Assembly (NCBI RefSeq): GCF_050920415.1
Contig: NZ_CP169309.1
From: Escherichia coli
Lineage (GTDB): Bacteria; Pseudomonadota; Gammaproteobacteria; Enterobacterales; Enterobacteriaceae
DNA length: 64,000 nt
Reading direction: 5' to 3' (one strand)
Below the pieces are notes generated by a model. It made no database searches. It had not been told where the DNA came from and saw only the letters and a program-made list of their open reading frames with translations. Position 1 is the first letter of the stretch, and every line of letters starts with the position of its first letter. Of this stretch, positions 21,036-31,539 are shown in pieces. The position numbers and the translations under genes were made by a program.

Positions 21036-22088
21036 TTAAAAAGTTACGCCCATTTTGATGCTCTGTTCCGGATGCTGGTCGACATACTGCATGTAGCTTT
21101 CCGGGCTGTTAGCAAAGGTCACCACCGGGTCGATTAAATCTTCACAATTGAGATAACCGTTCATCAGCAGTTCCCAGCAGGTTTCTTCAATACGCTTGCG
21201 GCTCCAGCGCGGATAATCCGGGTTCGGTTCACTGCACGCACGAGAGAAGACAATTTTGGCGTTGTTGAAATGCGCTTCGCGTCCGAGGTTAAAACCTTCG
21301 GCAAATGGTTTGGCAAATGCGACATACGAGATGGTGCCGCCATAAGCCAGGCCGCGCAGTGCCGATTGCAGCGCGTCGGCGTAGCCGCTGGTTTCGATAA
21401 TCACATCGGCACCCTGCTTGCCGGTCAGCGTTTTAATCTCTTTGCCTACATCCGTGCCAATGGGGTTAAGGCAGAAATCCGCCCCGTGGCGACGGGCAAT
21501 ATCACAGCGATGAGCGATAGGATCGACACCAATCACCACCGACGCGCCAGCGCGTTTTGCCAGTTGAATGGCAATTTGACCAATCGCGCCAAGCCCGACT
21601 ACCACCACAAAATCGCCCACACGCACGTTGGCATCGCGCACGCCGCTCATGGCAAACTGCGCCGGGTCGTAACAGACGGCGTTTTTCCACGAGCTACCTT
21701 GCGGCATTTTGCGCAGTTTGTAGTTATTCACCGCGTTAATGATGACCGTTTCGGAAAGCGGGCCGTAGCCGCATACGCTGTCGCCCACCGCGTAGTCGGT
21801 AACCTCGCTGCCGCACTCGATAATGTCGCCAACCACCATGTTGCCAAGCTGGAACTTGCCAAACTCAATGCCGCGCGGCGCATCTGCCGGACGGGGGGTG
21901 AACATCTGCCATTCGCCATTAAAGTCTTCATTAATAAACGGGCTGGCGGCGCGGAAATCGACCACTTCCGTCCCGTGTTTCGGCGCGCCGAACCGCACGC
22001 GGATCTTCACTTCATTGGCTGAAATCGCCCTGTCTTCATACTCCACCAACGCGGCAACGCGCGGTGCTGTGGCTACTAACTTTTTCAT
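21036..22088 (-). CDS. ycjQ: Zn-dependent medium-chain dehydrogenase
   Basis: 350 aa; GVDPIAHRCDIARRHGAD region typical of MDR dehydrogenases. Confidence 0.85.
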   Translation of the reverse strand: MKKLVATAPRVAALVEYEDRAISANEVKIRVRFGAPKHGTEVVDFRAASPFINEDFNGEWQMFTPRPADAPRGIEFGKFQLGNMVVGDIIECGSEVTDYAVGDSVCGYGPLSETVIINAVNNYKLRKMPQGSSWKNAVCYDPAQFAMSGVRDANVRVGDFVVVVGLGAIGQIAIQLAKRAGASVVIGVDPIAHRCDIARRHGADFCLNPIGTDVGKEIKTLTGKQGADVIIETSGYADALQSALRGLAYGGTISYVAFAKPFAEGFNLGREAHFNNAKIVFSRACSEPNPDYPRWSRKRIEETCWELLMNGYLNCEDLIDPVVTFANSPESYMQYVDQHPEQSIKMGVTF

Positions 22089-22118
22089 GTAAAACTCCTT
22101 GTCAAGAAACTGGCCGCT

Positions 22119-22961
22119 TTAGCCCTTCACGCCACCGGCGGTCAAACCACTCTTAATAAAACGTTCCGAAAGTGCATACATAATCACCACCGGCAATGCG
22201 GTCACCAGCGAGGCCGCCATCATTCGGCCCCAGATGTAATCAGGGGTACTGAACAGCGCGTTCAGGCCTACCGGTAAAGTGAAATTGCTGGCGCTGGAGA
22301 GGAAAATCGAGGCAAACAGATAGTCGTTCCACGCCACCATAAAGCAGTAGACGAACACGGATATCAGCCCGGACATCGCCAGCGGTACCGTGATGCGGAA
22401 GATGATTTGCAGCCGGTTGAGGCCATCCATCATCGCCGCTTCTTCGATTTCATCGGGGATGGTGTCGAAGTAGCTTTTCAGCATAAACACAGCGGTAGGC
22501 AGGGTTTGCGTCACCATGGTGATGATCAGCGCCATCTCGGTGTCATAAACGCCAAGCGCGGTGATGATTTTGAACAGCGGCACCACCAGCAAAATGCCGG
22601 AGAACATGTACACCGTGTAAAAGCTGGCGTTGATGGTCATTCGCCCTTTAAAGCGCAGGCGGGAAAGCGCGTAAGCCCCGAGAATGCCGAGAAATACTGC
22701 TATCACGGATGAAACTACCGACACCACCAGGCTGTTACGGAAATAATCGACAAACGGGAAAATCACCGGGTTAAAAATGTCGACGTAATGCTCCAGCGTC
22801 CACTGCTGTGGCAGCAGCGTAGGATGCAGCGAGATCGCCTCTTTCGCGCTTTTGAACGAGGTCATCAGCATCACAAAAAAGGGAAACAGCGTGATGATGA
22901 GAAACAGCGCCAGCCCGCAGTAAAAACCGATGCGACTGAGTGTGCGTTTATTTGTTGCCAT
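22119..22961 (-). CDS. ycjP: ABC transporter permease
   Basis: 280 aa; multi-pass hydrophobic sequence; overlaps ycjO. Confidence 0.85.
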   Translation of the reverse strand: MATNKRTLSRIGFYCGLALFLIITLFPFFVMLMTSFKSAKEAISLHPTLLPQQWTLEHYVDIFNPVIFPFVDYFRNSLVVSVVSSVIAVFLGILGAYALSRLRFKGRMTINASFYTVYMFSGILLVVPLFKIITALGVYDTEMALIITMVTQTLPTAVFMLKSYFDTIPDEIEEAAMMDGLNRLQIIFRITVPLAMSGLISVFVYCFMVAWNDYLFASIFLSSASNFTLPVGLNALFSTPDYIWGRMMAASLVTALPVVIMYALSERFIKSGLTAGGVKG

Positions 22962-23829
22962 TGAGGTTCACCCGTTTTCTGGTCAGCAGAATGACAGCGA
23001 AAATAATGATGAAGAGCACCACTGAGATCGCCGCCGCTTTCCCTAAGTCATTAAAGGCAAAGGCGGTTTTGTAGAGATAGACGCCGAGAATATCGACCTT
23101 GGTCGTCAGCAAATAAACGTCAGCGAACATGTAGAACATCCAGATGGTACGCAGAGTCACCACCGTCGCCAGGACCGGCATAATCGCGGGCAGCGTGACG
23201 ATGCGAAACCGTTGCCAGGCATTCGCGCCGTCCATCTCTGCCGCTTCGTACAGCGATTTATCAATGGTCTGCAAAATCGCCAGAAACGAGATAAAGGCAT
23301 ACGGGAAGTAGCGCCAGATGGCGAACAGCACCACCAGCACAAAACTACTGCCCGGGTTATCGAACCACAGCGGCGCCTGCTCATAGAGATGCAGAAGATC
23401 GACGCCGAGGTAGTTCACAATGCCGTAGCCGTTGTTGAACATGTATTTCCAGGCGAACACCAGCGAAATGGACGGCGTTACGTAGGAGAGGATTACCAAC
23501 GAACGCGCGGTTTTGCGCAGGCGAAACTCGCGGTTGAAAAACATCGCCACCGCCAGGCCGAGCACGGTGCTACCTGCCACCACCAGCGCGGTATACCAGA
23601 CCGTCATCCACAGCGAGTGCCAGAAGCCGGGATCGGAGAGAATACGCACATAGTTGCTCACCCCAACAAACGTTGCCTCGATGTTGGGATTGAGCGGCAG
23701 ACGTAAAAAACTAATTTCGATATTCGACACCATTGGCCACGCCACCAGACCGCCCAGCAGTAATAAGCTGGGCGCGAGAAGCAGCAGCGCAAAGGGCATA
23801 TCGGAACGACCTGAAAAAAGCCTGTTCAT
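22948..23829 (-). CDS. ycjO: ABC transporter permease
   Basis: 293 aa; MalF/G-like membrane protein. Confidence 0.85.
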   Translation of the reverse strand: MNRLFSGRSDMPFALLLLAPSLLLLGGLVAWPMVSNIEISFLRLPLNPNIEATFVGVSNYVRILSDPGFWHSLWMTVWYTALVVAGSTVLGLAVAMFFNREFRLRKTARSLVILSYVTPSISLVFAWKYMFNNGYGIVNYLGVDLLHLYEQAPLWFDNPGSSFVLVVLFAIWRYFPYAFISFLAILQTIDKSLYEAAEMDGANAWQRFRIVTLPAIMPVLATVVTLRTIWMFYMFADVYLLTTKVDILGVYLYKTAFAFNDLGKAAAISVVLFIIIFAVILLTRKRVNLNGNK

Positions 23830-23849
23830 TGCGGATTCCTGTCCTGGGA

Positions 23850-25142
23850 TTAGTGCTGTTCGATCAGTTCATCCAGCTTTTTCTGGCTCGCTTGCAGCGT
23901 GGTTGAGAGATCGGCTTTCCCCACGGTGACGTTATGCACCATTGAACTCACCACACCAGACCCCGTCACATCGCCCATGCGGGTAAAGTTTTTGTCCCCT
24001 ACCGCACCAAAGACCTGAATGTTTGGCAGTTCGCTAATCAACTGATTCGGCAAGTCTCCCAGCGCCTTAATCACGTCGTTATCTTTCCAGGTGGCAGTCG
24101 TCACAACCGCTTTGTTCACCGGCAGCGCCGCGCCTGGCGACATCATCACCCAGTCGGCAATGTTGTCCGCCTGCTCCATAAAGGTGACAAATTTTTCTGC
24201 CGCTTCCGTCTCTTCGCTCTTTTGCCCGGCGGTAATGGTCAGCGAGGTCAACATGCCGTAGACCGCCGAGTTTTTCTCGGTTGGCACCACGAAACCGACA
24301 TTTTTCGGGTCACCTTCTTTAATCACAGCCGGAAGGATATAGGTGGAGTAAATCGCCATCGGCGCGGTGCCGTTCATAAAGGCGTCTTTCACTTCCATAA
24401 TGTCGTTAGAACCCGGCATGGTGTTGGCAGCAAGGTCGCGGTAATAGGTCAGCGCCTGCATCATCTCCGGCGTATCAAGGGTGATTTTGCCTTCGGCGTT
24501 AAAAACGTTGGCCTGATTGGATAACGCAAACTGAGAGAACGATTGTTCCGTCAGTACGCTTTCTGCCGTCGGCAGTGCAATACCGTATTTTTTATTCGCC
24601 GGATCGTTCAGTTTCTGTGCGACATCCAGCAACTGTTGCCAGTTTTTCGGCTCATCCAGCCCGGCTTTTGCCAGCACATCTTTGCGATACCAGATACCGC
24701 CAATCCATGCGCTGACAGGAACACCGGTCCAGGCGCTACCATCTTCGGTGCGCACAATCCGCAGAACGCCGTCATAAAACGCGCCTTCACCGACATTACT
24801 GATGACCGTAGCAACCGCTTTGCGATCGATAAGCTGTTCTTTGTCCATCACTTTCGCGTAGTCATGGCTGGTTTCGATCACTTCCGGCAGCGAGCCGCTA
24901 CGGGAAAGGGTGATGACTTTGGTGTTATAGGCATCTTCTTCCACCGGCACTTGTTTAACAGTGATGCCTGGGTTTTCTTTTTCAAAACGCGCAATTAAAT
25001 GACTAATTACCGCCTGGCGTTCCTGTTCCACCGAAGAATGCATAAACTCGATGGAAACATTCGTTTTATTTTCTTCTTTACAACCTGAAATCAGGGCGCA
25101 GGAAACCAGTGCTGATAACAGCACGATTTTTGATTTAATCAT
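23850..25142 (-). CDS. ycjN: ABC transporter periplasmic sugar-binding lipoprotein
   Basis: 430 aa; lipobox MIKSKIVLLSALVSCALISGC. Confidence 0.85.
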   Translation of the reverse strand: MIKSKIVLLSALVSCALISGCKEENKTNVSIEFMHSSVEQERQAVISHLIARFEKENPGITVKQVPVEEDAYNTKVITLSRSGSLPEVIETSHDYAKVMDKEQLIDRKAVATVISNVGEGAFYDGVLRIVRTEDGSAWTGVPVSAWIGGIWYRKDVLAKAGLDEPKNWQQLLDVAQKLNDPANKKYGIALPTAESVLTEQSFSQFALSNQANVFNAEGKITLDTPEMMQALTYYRDLAANTMPGSNDIMEVKDAFMNGTAPMAIYSTYILPAVIKEGDPKNVGFVVPTEKNSAVYGMLTSLTITAGQKSEETEAAEKFVTFMEQADNIADWVMMSPGAALPVNKAVVTTATWKDNDVIKALGDLPNQLISELPNIQVFGAVGDKNFTRMGDVTGSGVVSSMVHNVTVGKADLSTTLQASQKKLDELIEQH

Positions 25143-25155
25143 GAGATGTTCCTTT

Positions 25156-26835
25156 TTATTTAATCCACATAACCTGCCAGGGGCGCAGCGTTATTTCATT
25201 ATCCACTATATCAACTTCACTAATCAGATCCCGACCGTGCAGGTCAGTAATATTTATATGCAGAATATTTTCACTGACATTAAACAACCCCGTCAGACAA
25301 TCACCAGTTGCAGTGCTTCTTCGAATACGCATTACAGATGAATTAACCGTATCGATGGTAAAACTATTATCCGGATGAAATTCTTTATGCCGGCGACGAA
25401 GCGTAATTAAATGCGACAACTGATGATATACTGCGTGCCTGAGTGTCGTTTCATCGTTCAGTTCACTGGCTATCTCTTCACTACGATATTTCTTACGGTT
25501 AATCGCACGGTTATATCCCGGCTTTTCGACACCAGCGTAATCATTACGTGAACCCAGAATACTTTGAATATAGACAGCAGGCACACCGGGAAAGGTTAAC
25601 AATATGGCATGAGCAAGAATAAACCGGGCACAGCGTTCTTCGTCACTGCAATCGCGATGGCTCAATGCGTCCATGTAGGTCACATTCATTTCATACGGAC
25701 TGCGCGTACCATCGGGATTATTTTTCCAGTTTACTAATGCCCCTTCCTGCTGTAACGCCTCGACTAGCGCTAATATCTCGCTTTCAGGCAACAAGCCTCG
25801 CAGTGGGTTAAGTCCAATACCATCATGAGACGCGAGGAAGTTAAACCAGGTGGTTTTGCTGGAAGGCAACGTCAGACTTTGCGCCCACTGGCACAGCGCC
25901 TGGACGTTCTGTTTTTGCACCGCATGTAACACCAGCGGCGGCAGTGAGAACTGGTACACCATATGCGCTTCGTCATCGCCGTTGCCAAAGTAAGCAATGT
26001 TGTCTTTATGCGGGACATTGGTCTCAGTAATGATGACCGTCCCCGGCGCGACGCTGTCAGTAATGGCGCGTAACAGTTTGATAATTTGATGTGTTTTATC
26101 CAGGTGGATGCAACTCGTTCCCGGCTCTTTCCACATAAAGCCAACGGCATCCAGACGGACATACTCTGCGCCTTTTTCCAGGTAACACATCAGCACATCT
26201 ACCATCGCCAGTAATACATCTGGGCTGCGATAATTGAGGTCAATTTGATCGTCGCTAAAGGTCGTCCATAAATGGCGCATTGAATTATCGTGCATTTTAA
26301 ACGGCGTTAATAAGGGTAACGCGCGTGGGCGAGTGACGGCGCTAAGATCGGTTTGCGGGTCAACAGCAATGAAAAAGTCTTCAAAGCCTGGCTTTTGTTG
26401 TAAATAGTTTTTAAACCATTCACTTTTAGCCGACATGTGGTTGCAGACAAAATCAAACATTAAATGACTGCATTCACCGAGTTGCTGAATATCCTGCCAC
26501 TCCCCCGCTTCACTGGCGACCTGATGATAATCAATTACCGAAAAGCCATCATCAGATGACCATGGATAAAACGGCAATAAATGAACATGTGAAAAAATGC
26601 TTTGCAGCCAGTGATGGTAAAACTGATTAAATGTGGGTAGTGGTTTTAAATCATTACTGTGAAATTGATCGGCATAGGTAATTAACACGACATCACTTTC
26701 ATCCCAGTGTTTTTTACGTCGCTGTGTAATTAATCTTTTCGCACTCTCAAGACGCGTTACAAGTTTCTGTAAATGAGTCGCGGTAAATGTTCCACCGTAG
26801 ATTTCGTCCAGGTAATCCGTAATTTTCTGTTTCAT
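25156..26835 (-). CDS. ycjM: GH13 sucrose-phosphorylase-like glycoside phosphorylase
   Basis: MKQKITDYLDEIYGG...; 559 aa from the internal ATG. Confidence 0.85.
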   Translation of the reverse strand: MKQKITDYLDEIYGGTFTATHLQKLVTRLESAKRLITQRRKKHWDESDVVLITYADQFHSNDLKPLPTFNQFYHHWLQSIFSHVHLLPFYPWSSDDGFSVIDYHQVASEAGEWQDIQQLGECSHLMFDFVCNHMSAKSEWFKNYLQQKPGFEDFFIAVDPQTDLSAVTRPRALPLLTPFKMHDNSMRHLWTTFSDDQIDLNYRSPDVLLAMVDVLMCYLEKGAEYVRLDAVGFMWKEPGTSCIHLDKTHQIIKLLRAITDSVAPGTVIITETNVPHKDNIAYFGNGDDEAHMVYQFSLPPLVLHAVQKQNVQALCQWAQSLTLPSSKTTWFNFLASHDGIGLNPLRGLLPESEILALVEALQQEGALVNWKNNPDGTRSPYEMNVTYMDALSHRDCSDEERCARFILAHAILLTFPGVPAVYIQSILGSRNDYAGVEKPGYNRAINRKKYRSEEIASELNDETTLRHAVYHQLSHLITLRRRHKEFHPDNSFTIDTVNSSVMRIRRSTATGDCLTGLFNVSENILHINITDLHGRDLISEVDIVDNEITLRPWQVMWIK

Positions 26836-27048
26836 GTTGCCTTTCCGTGGTAGCGGTCCCATGAGACGAGAGACTACTCCGCAGAAAATAAACTGTCAAT
26901 TGAGCACAAGGGTTTTAGTCACGCAGGAAATCATTTTTTACCAGGGAAAAAGCGTATTTGTGAACTGACGCAAATAATCTATGGGGATGTAAATAAGGTG
27001 TGACAGAAAAAGTAAACGGCGCATAAGCGCCGCTTAGGGGGGATTCTT

Positions 27049-27363
27049 TTAACCTTTGACCTTCGGCATTGCGATGTCTTTCAGGCCGCCAGCGTTCTCA
27101 ACGTGGGTATATCCCATCTCGCTAAGGATCTCTTTTGCCTGCCCTGACTGGCGTCCGGCATTGCAATACACTTTCACGGTGTCGTTTTTATCCGGAACGG
27201 CGGTGGCAATGCGCTCTTTCACTTCCTTCAGGGGAATATTGATGGCTCCCTGAACGTGCTCTTGCTGATACTGCTCTGGAACACGAACATCGATCCAGTG
27301 TTCAGCGGCGAAAACGGGCAGTGAAAACACCAGTGTCAGAGCAAGTAAGCCTTTTTTAAACAT
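27049..27363 (-). CDS. pspE: Thiosulfate sulfurtransferase (rhodanese) PspE
   Basis: 104 aa; signal peptide plus rhodanese motif VKVYCNAGRQSGQA. Confidence 0.9.
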   Translation of the reverse strand: MFKKGLLALTLVFSLPVFAAEHWIDVRVPEQYQQEHVQGAINIPLKEVKERIATAVPDKNDTVKVYCNAGRQSGQAKEILSEMGYTHVENAGGLKDIAMPKVKG

Positions 27364-27437
27364 GTAAGCGTCCTTCTATGGATGAAAATTGCCATCCATA
27401 ATACGCCTTAGCTTTAACAATTTTTGCGAAACTCCCC

Positions 27438-27659
27438 TCACCTTTTATAACGCTGCGCCAGTTTATTGGCAGCCCGACTTAACAGCGGTTCCAGCGCCAC
27501 GGCCAGCAACATTTTCAGCGGTCGGCGAGCAACTGATTTTATCGCCCAGCCAGCTACACCTGCCGGGCCATAGCGCAGTGCGGTAAGAAGTACCAGCTTG
27601 CCTGCTAATTTGAAACCAGGCTTCACCTTTTGCCCGGCCTGTTGCCAGCGAGTATTCAT
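27438..27659 (-). CDS. pspD: Phage shock protein D
   Basis: [22 protein letters not shown]...; 73 aa. Confidence 0.85.
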
Positions 27660-27667
27660 AACTTTCC

Positions 27668-28027
27668 TCACAGTTGACGGAAACGGCTACGTAACGTGAA
27701 AGTATCGGAAGTGACATAACGTTCCATCTCGCGTAAACGCGTTTCACTTGCCGCCAGTTCACGGTCGACATCATCCAGCAATTCGCTGCTGGAAGGTAGC
27801 TGCTCACCAAAGGCCATGTTGTCCGGCATTGGATCAAGCGCAAATGACAAAATGATGTAAGCAACCAGGGTAAACAGCGCCAGGCCGAAGAAAATCGACA
27901 GCACCACCAGGATACGTACCAGTTTTACCGGTACATCAAAATAGTTGGCAATCCCGGCGCAGACGCCACGTACCATGCCCTGCTGTGGAATACGCCATAA
28001 TTTTTTATTGAGATTAATACCCGCCAT
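27668..28027 (-). CDS. pspC: Phage shock protein C
   Basis: 119 aa; [30 protein letters not shown]. Confidence 0.9.
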
Positions 28028-28251
28028 TAGCGATCCCTCCAGTTCGGATGTTCTGCATCAAGAATGGATTCCAGTGCCTGAATACGTTCGCGCATCCGTT
28101 TTGCTTCATCAGCCAGTTGCGCTAATCGTTGCTGCTCACTTTGCGACAATTCACCGCGACCGGAACGATTGCTGTAATGCAGCCATAACCAGATCGGTAA
28201 AACAAACAGCACAAAAATGGTTAACGGAATAGCCAGAAATAGCGCGCTCAT
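28027..28251 (-). CDS. pspB: Phage shock protein B
   Basis: 74 aa; MSALFLAIPLTIFVLFVLPIWLWLHY. Confidence 0.9.
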   Translation of the reverse strand: MSALFLAIPLTIFVLFVLPIWLWLHYSNRSGRGELSQSEQQRLAQLADEAKRMRERIQALESILDAEHPNWRDR

Positions 28252-28304
28252 AAGGACTCCTTAGACGATGAGCGGCGGCGCGTTCGGACGCCGCCTGGAT
28301 GTTA

Positions 28305-29045
<741 letters not shown>

Positions 29046-29139
29046 TTATCTTTTTGATTTATAAAGATCTGATTGAAGAATCAACAGCAACATGCCAGGA
29101 TGAGTTAGCGAATTACACTAACAAGTGGCGAATTTCATC

Positions 29140-30117
29140 ATGGCAGAATACAAAGATAATTTACTCGGTGAGGCGAACAGCTTTCTCGAAGTGCTGGAAC
29201 AGGTTTCGCATCTCGCACCGCTGGACAAACCGGTGCTCATCATCGGCGAGCGCGGCACAGGTAAAGAGCTGATTGCCAGCCGTCTGCATTATCTCTCCTC
29301 CCGTTGGCAGGGGCCGTTTATTTCCCTTAACTGCGCGGCGTTAAATGAAAATCTGCTGGATTCCGAACTGTTTGGTCACGAAGCGGGCGCGTTTACCGGT
29401 GCGCAAAAACGTCATCCAGGGAGATTTGAACGTGCCGACGGCGGTACGCTATTTCTTGATGAACTCGCTACGGCACCGATGATGGTACAGGAGAAATTAT
29501 TGCGCGTGATTGAGTACGGTGAACTGGAGCGCGTTGGCGGCAGCCAGCCATTGCAGGTGAATGTGCGGTTGGTATGCGCGACGAATGCCGATCTCCCGGC
29601 GATGGTCAATGAAGGTACTTTTCGCGCTGACCTGCTCGACCGGCTGGCTTTCGATGTAGTGCAACTGCCGCCCCTGCGCGAGCGCGAAAGCGACATTATG
29701 CTGATGGCAGAACACTTTGCCATTCAGATGTGTCGGGAAATCAAGCTGCCTCTGTTCCCGGGTTTTACGGAGCGCGCCAGAGAAACATTGCTGAATTATC
29801 GCTGGCCAGGAAATATTCGTGAATTGAAAAACGTGGTGGAACGTTCGGTGTATCGCCACGGCACCAGCGATTATCCGCTTGATGACATTATTATTGATCC
29901 CTTTAAACGGCGTCCGCCTGAAGACGCTATCGCCGTTTCAGAAACCACCTCGCTTCCAACGCTGCCGCTGGATTTACGTGAGTTTCAGATGCAGCAGGAA
30001 AAAGAGTTGCTGCAACTCAGTTTGCAACAAGGGAAATATAACCAGAAGCGCGCGGCTGAATTACTGGGGTTAACCTATCATCAGTTCCGCGCGTTGTTGA
30101 AAAAGCACCAGATTTAG
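29140..30117 (+). CDS. pspF: Sigma54-dependent transcriptional activator PspF
   Basis: MAEYKDNLLGEANSFLEVLEQVSHLAPLDKPVLIIGERGTGKELIA...; 325 aa; AAA+ domain plus C-terminal helix-turn-helix. Confidence 0.9.
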   Translation: MAEYKDNLLGEANSFLEVLEQVSHLAPLDKPVLIIGERGTGKELIASRLHYLSSRWQGPFISLNCAALNENLLDSELFGHEAGAFTGAQKRHPGRFERADGGTLFLDELATAPMMVQEKLLRVIEYGELERVGGSQPLQVNVRLVCATNADLPAMVNEGTFRADLLDRLAFDVVQLPPLRERESDIMLMAEHFAIQMCREIKLPLFPGFTERARETLLNYRWPGNIRELKNVVERSVYRHGTSDYPLDDIIIDPFKRRPPEDAIAVSETTSLPTLPLDLREFQMQQEKELLQLSLQQGKYNQKRAAELLGLTYHQFRALLKKHQI

Positions 30118-30138
30118 CGAAGTTGGGCAATACAACTT

Positions 30139-30220
30139 GCCGGATGCGGCGTGAACGCCTTATCCGGCATACATAATGAATACGTCGTTTGCAGGCCTGA
30201 TAAGCGCAGCGCATCAGACA
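30139..30220. repeat. REP/BIME-type palindromic repeats
   Basis: tgccggatgcggcgtgaacgccttatccggcatac and caggcctgataagcgcagcgcatcagaca. Confidence 0.5.
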
Positions 30221-30236
30221 TTATTGCGTTGGGCTA

Positions 30237-31502
30237 TTAATCGCTCAGCGCATCCTGCAATATTTTCATTGCCGCATCGAATTGCGCATCCGGGATGGTC
30301 AGCGGATACAGGAAGCGAATCACGTTGCCGTATGCACCACAGGTCAGCAGGAGCAGCCCCTGCGCCAGCGCGCGTTGCTGGATTTTCTGTGCAATCGCCG
30401 CTGACGGCTCGCCCGTTTGCGGATCGTTAAACTCTGCCGCAATCATCGACCCCAGACCGCGTACCGCCGCGATGGCCGGAACGCTTTCTTTGGCATCAAT
30501 CAACGTATTTGTCAGACGCTGGCCCAGTTGATTAGCGCGTTCACAGAGTGATTCTTTGTCGATAATGTTGAGCACCGCGTGCGCGGCAGCCACCGCCAGC
30601 GGGTTCCCGGCGTAGGTACCACCAAGTCCGCCCGGCGCGGGCGCGTCCATAATATTCGCGTTACCGACCACGCCCGAAAGCGGCATCCCGCCCGCGAGGC
30701 TTTTCGCCATTGTCATTAAGTCCGGCTTATCGGCGTAGTGATCCATGGCAAACAGTTTACCGGTACGCGCAAAGCCGCTTTGCACTTCATCGGCAATCAT
30801 CACAATACCGTGCTCGTCGCACAGGCGGCGAATGGCGGCAACCAGCTCTTTTGGCGCAACGTTGAAACCGCCTTCGCCCTGCACCGGTTCGAAAATAATC
30901 GCCGCCACCTGCTTCGCTTCAATGTCCGATTTAAACAAGCGTTCGATGGCATCGAGGGAGTCCTGCGTTGAAACGCCATGTAAATCTGACGGATAAGGTA
31001 CGTGATACACCGAACCGGGGAACGGGCCGAAGCCGATTTTGTACGGCGCGACCTTTCCGGTCAGCGCCATGGTCATATATGTACGACCGTGGAAGCCGCC
31101 GCTAAACGCAATCACGCCAGGGCGTCCGGTATGGGCGCGGGCGATTTTCACCGCGTTCTCCACCGCTTCCGCATCGGTGGTGAAGAACGCGGTTTTAGCC
31201 TGCCCGCTCACCGGGGCAAGGGCGTTGATTTTCTCCGCCAGGGTGACGTAGCTTTCGTACGGCACAATCTGATACGCCGTGTGGGTAAACTGTTGCAATT
31301 GCTGCTCCACCGCCGCGACCAGATCAGGGTGGCGATGCCCGGTATTCAGCACCGCAATGCCTGCGGCGAAATCGATATATTCGTTGCCCTCTACATCCTT
31401 CAGCGTGGCGTTTTCTGCCGACTGGGCGAAGAAGTTACACATCACGCCAACCCCGCGTGGGGTAGCAGAAAGACGACGCTGATGGAATTCATTGTTGCTC
31501 AT
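30237..31502 (-). CDS. puuE: 4-aminobutyrate aminotransferase
   Basis: 421 aa; class-III PLP aminotransferase sequence. Confidence 0.88.
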   Translation of the reverse strand: MSNNEFHQRRLSATPRGVGVMCNFFAQSAENATLKDVEGNEYIDFAAGIAVLNTGHRHPDLVAAVEQQLQQFTHTAYQIVPYESYVTLAEKINALAPVSGQAKTAFFTTDAEAVENAVKIARAHTGRPGVIAFSGGFHGRTYMTMALTGKVAPYKIGFGPFPGSVYHVPYPSDLHGVSTQDSLDAIERLFKSDIEAKQVAAIIFEPVQGEGGFNVAPKELVAAIRRLCDEHGIVMIADEVQSGFARTGKLFAMDHYADKPDLMTMAKSLAGGMPLSGVVGNANIMDAPAPGGLGGTYAGNPLAVAAAHAVLNIIDKESLCERANQLGQRLTNTLIDAKESVPAIAAVRGLGSMIAAEFNDPQTGEPSAAIAQKIQQRALAQGLLLLTCGAYGNVIRFLYPLTIPDAQFDAAMKILQDALSD

Positions 31503-31539
31503 GTTTCACACCTTTTGACTCTTCACTGTTAATCGGAAA

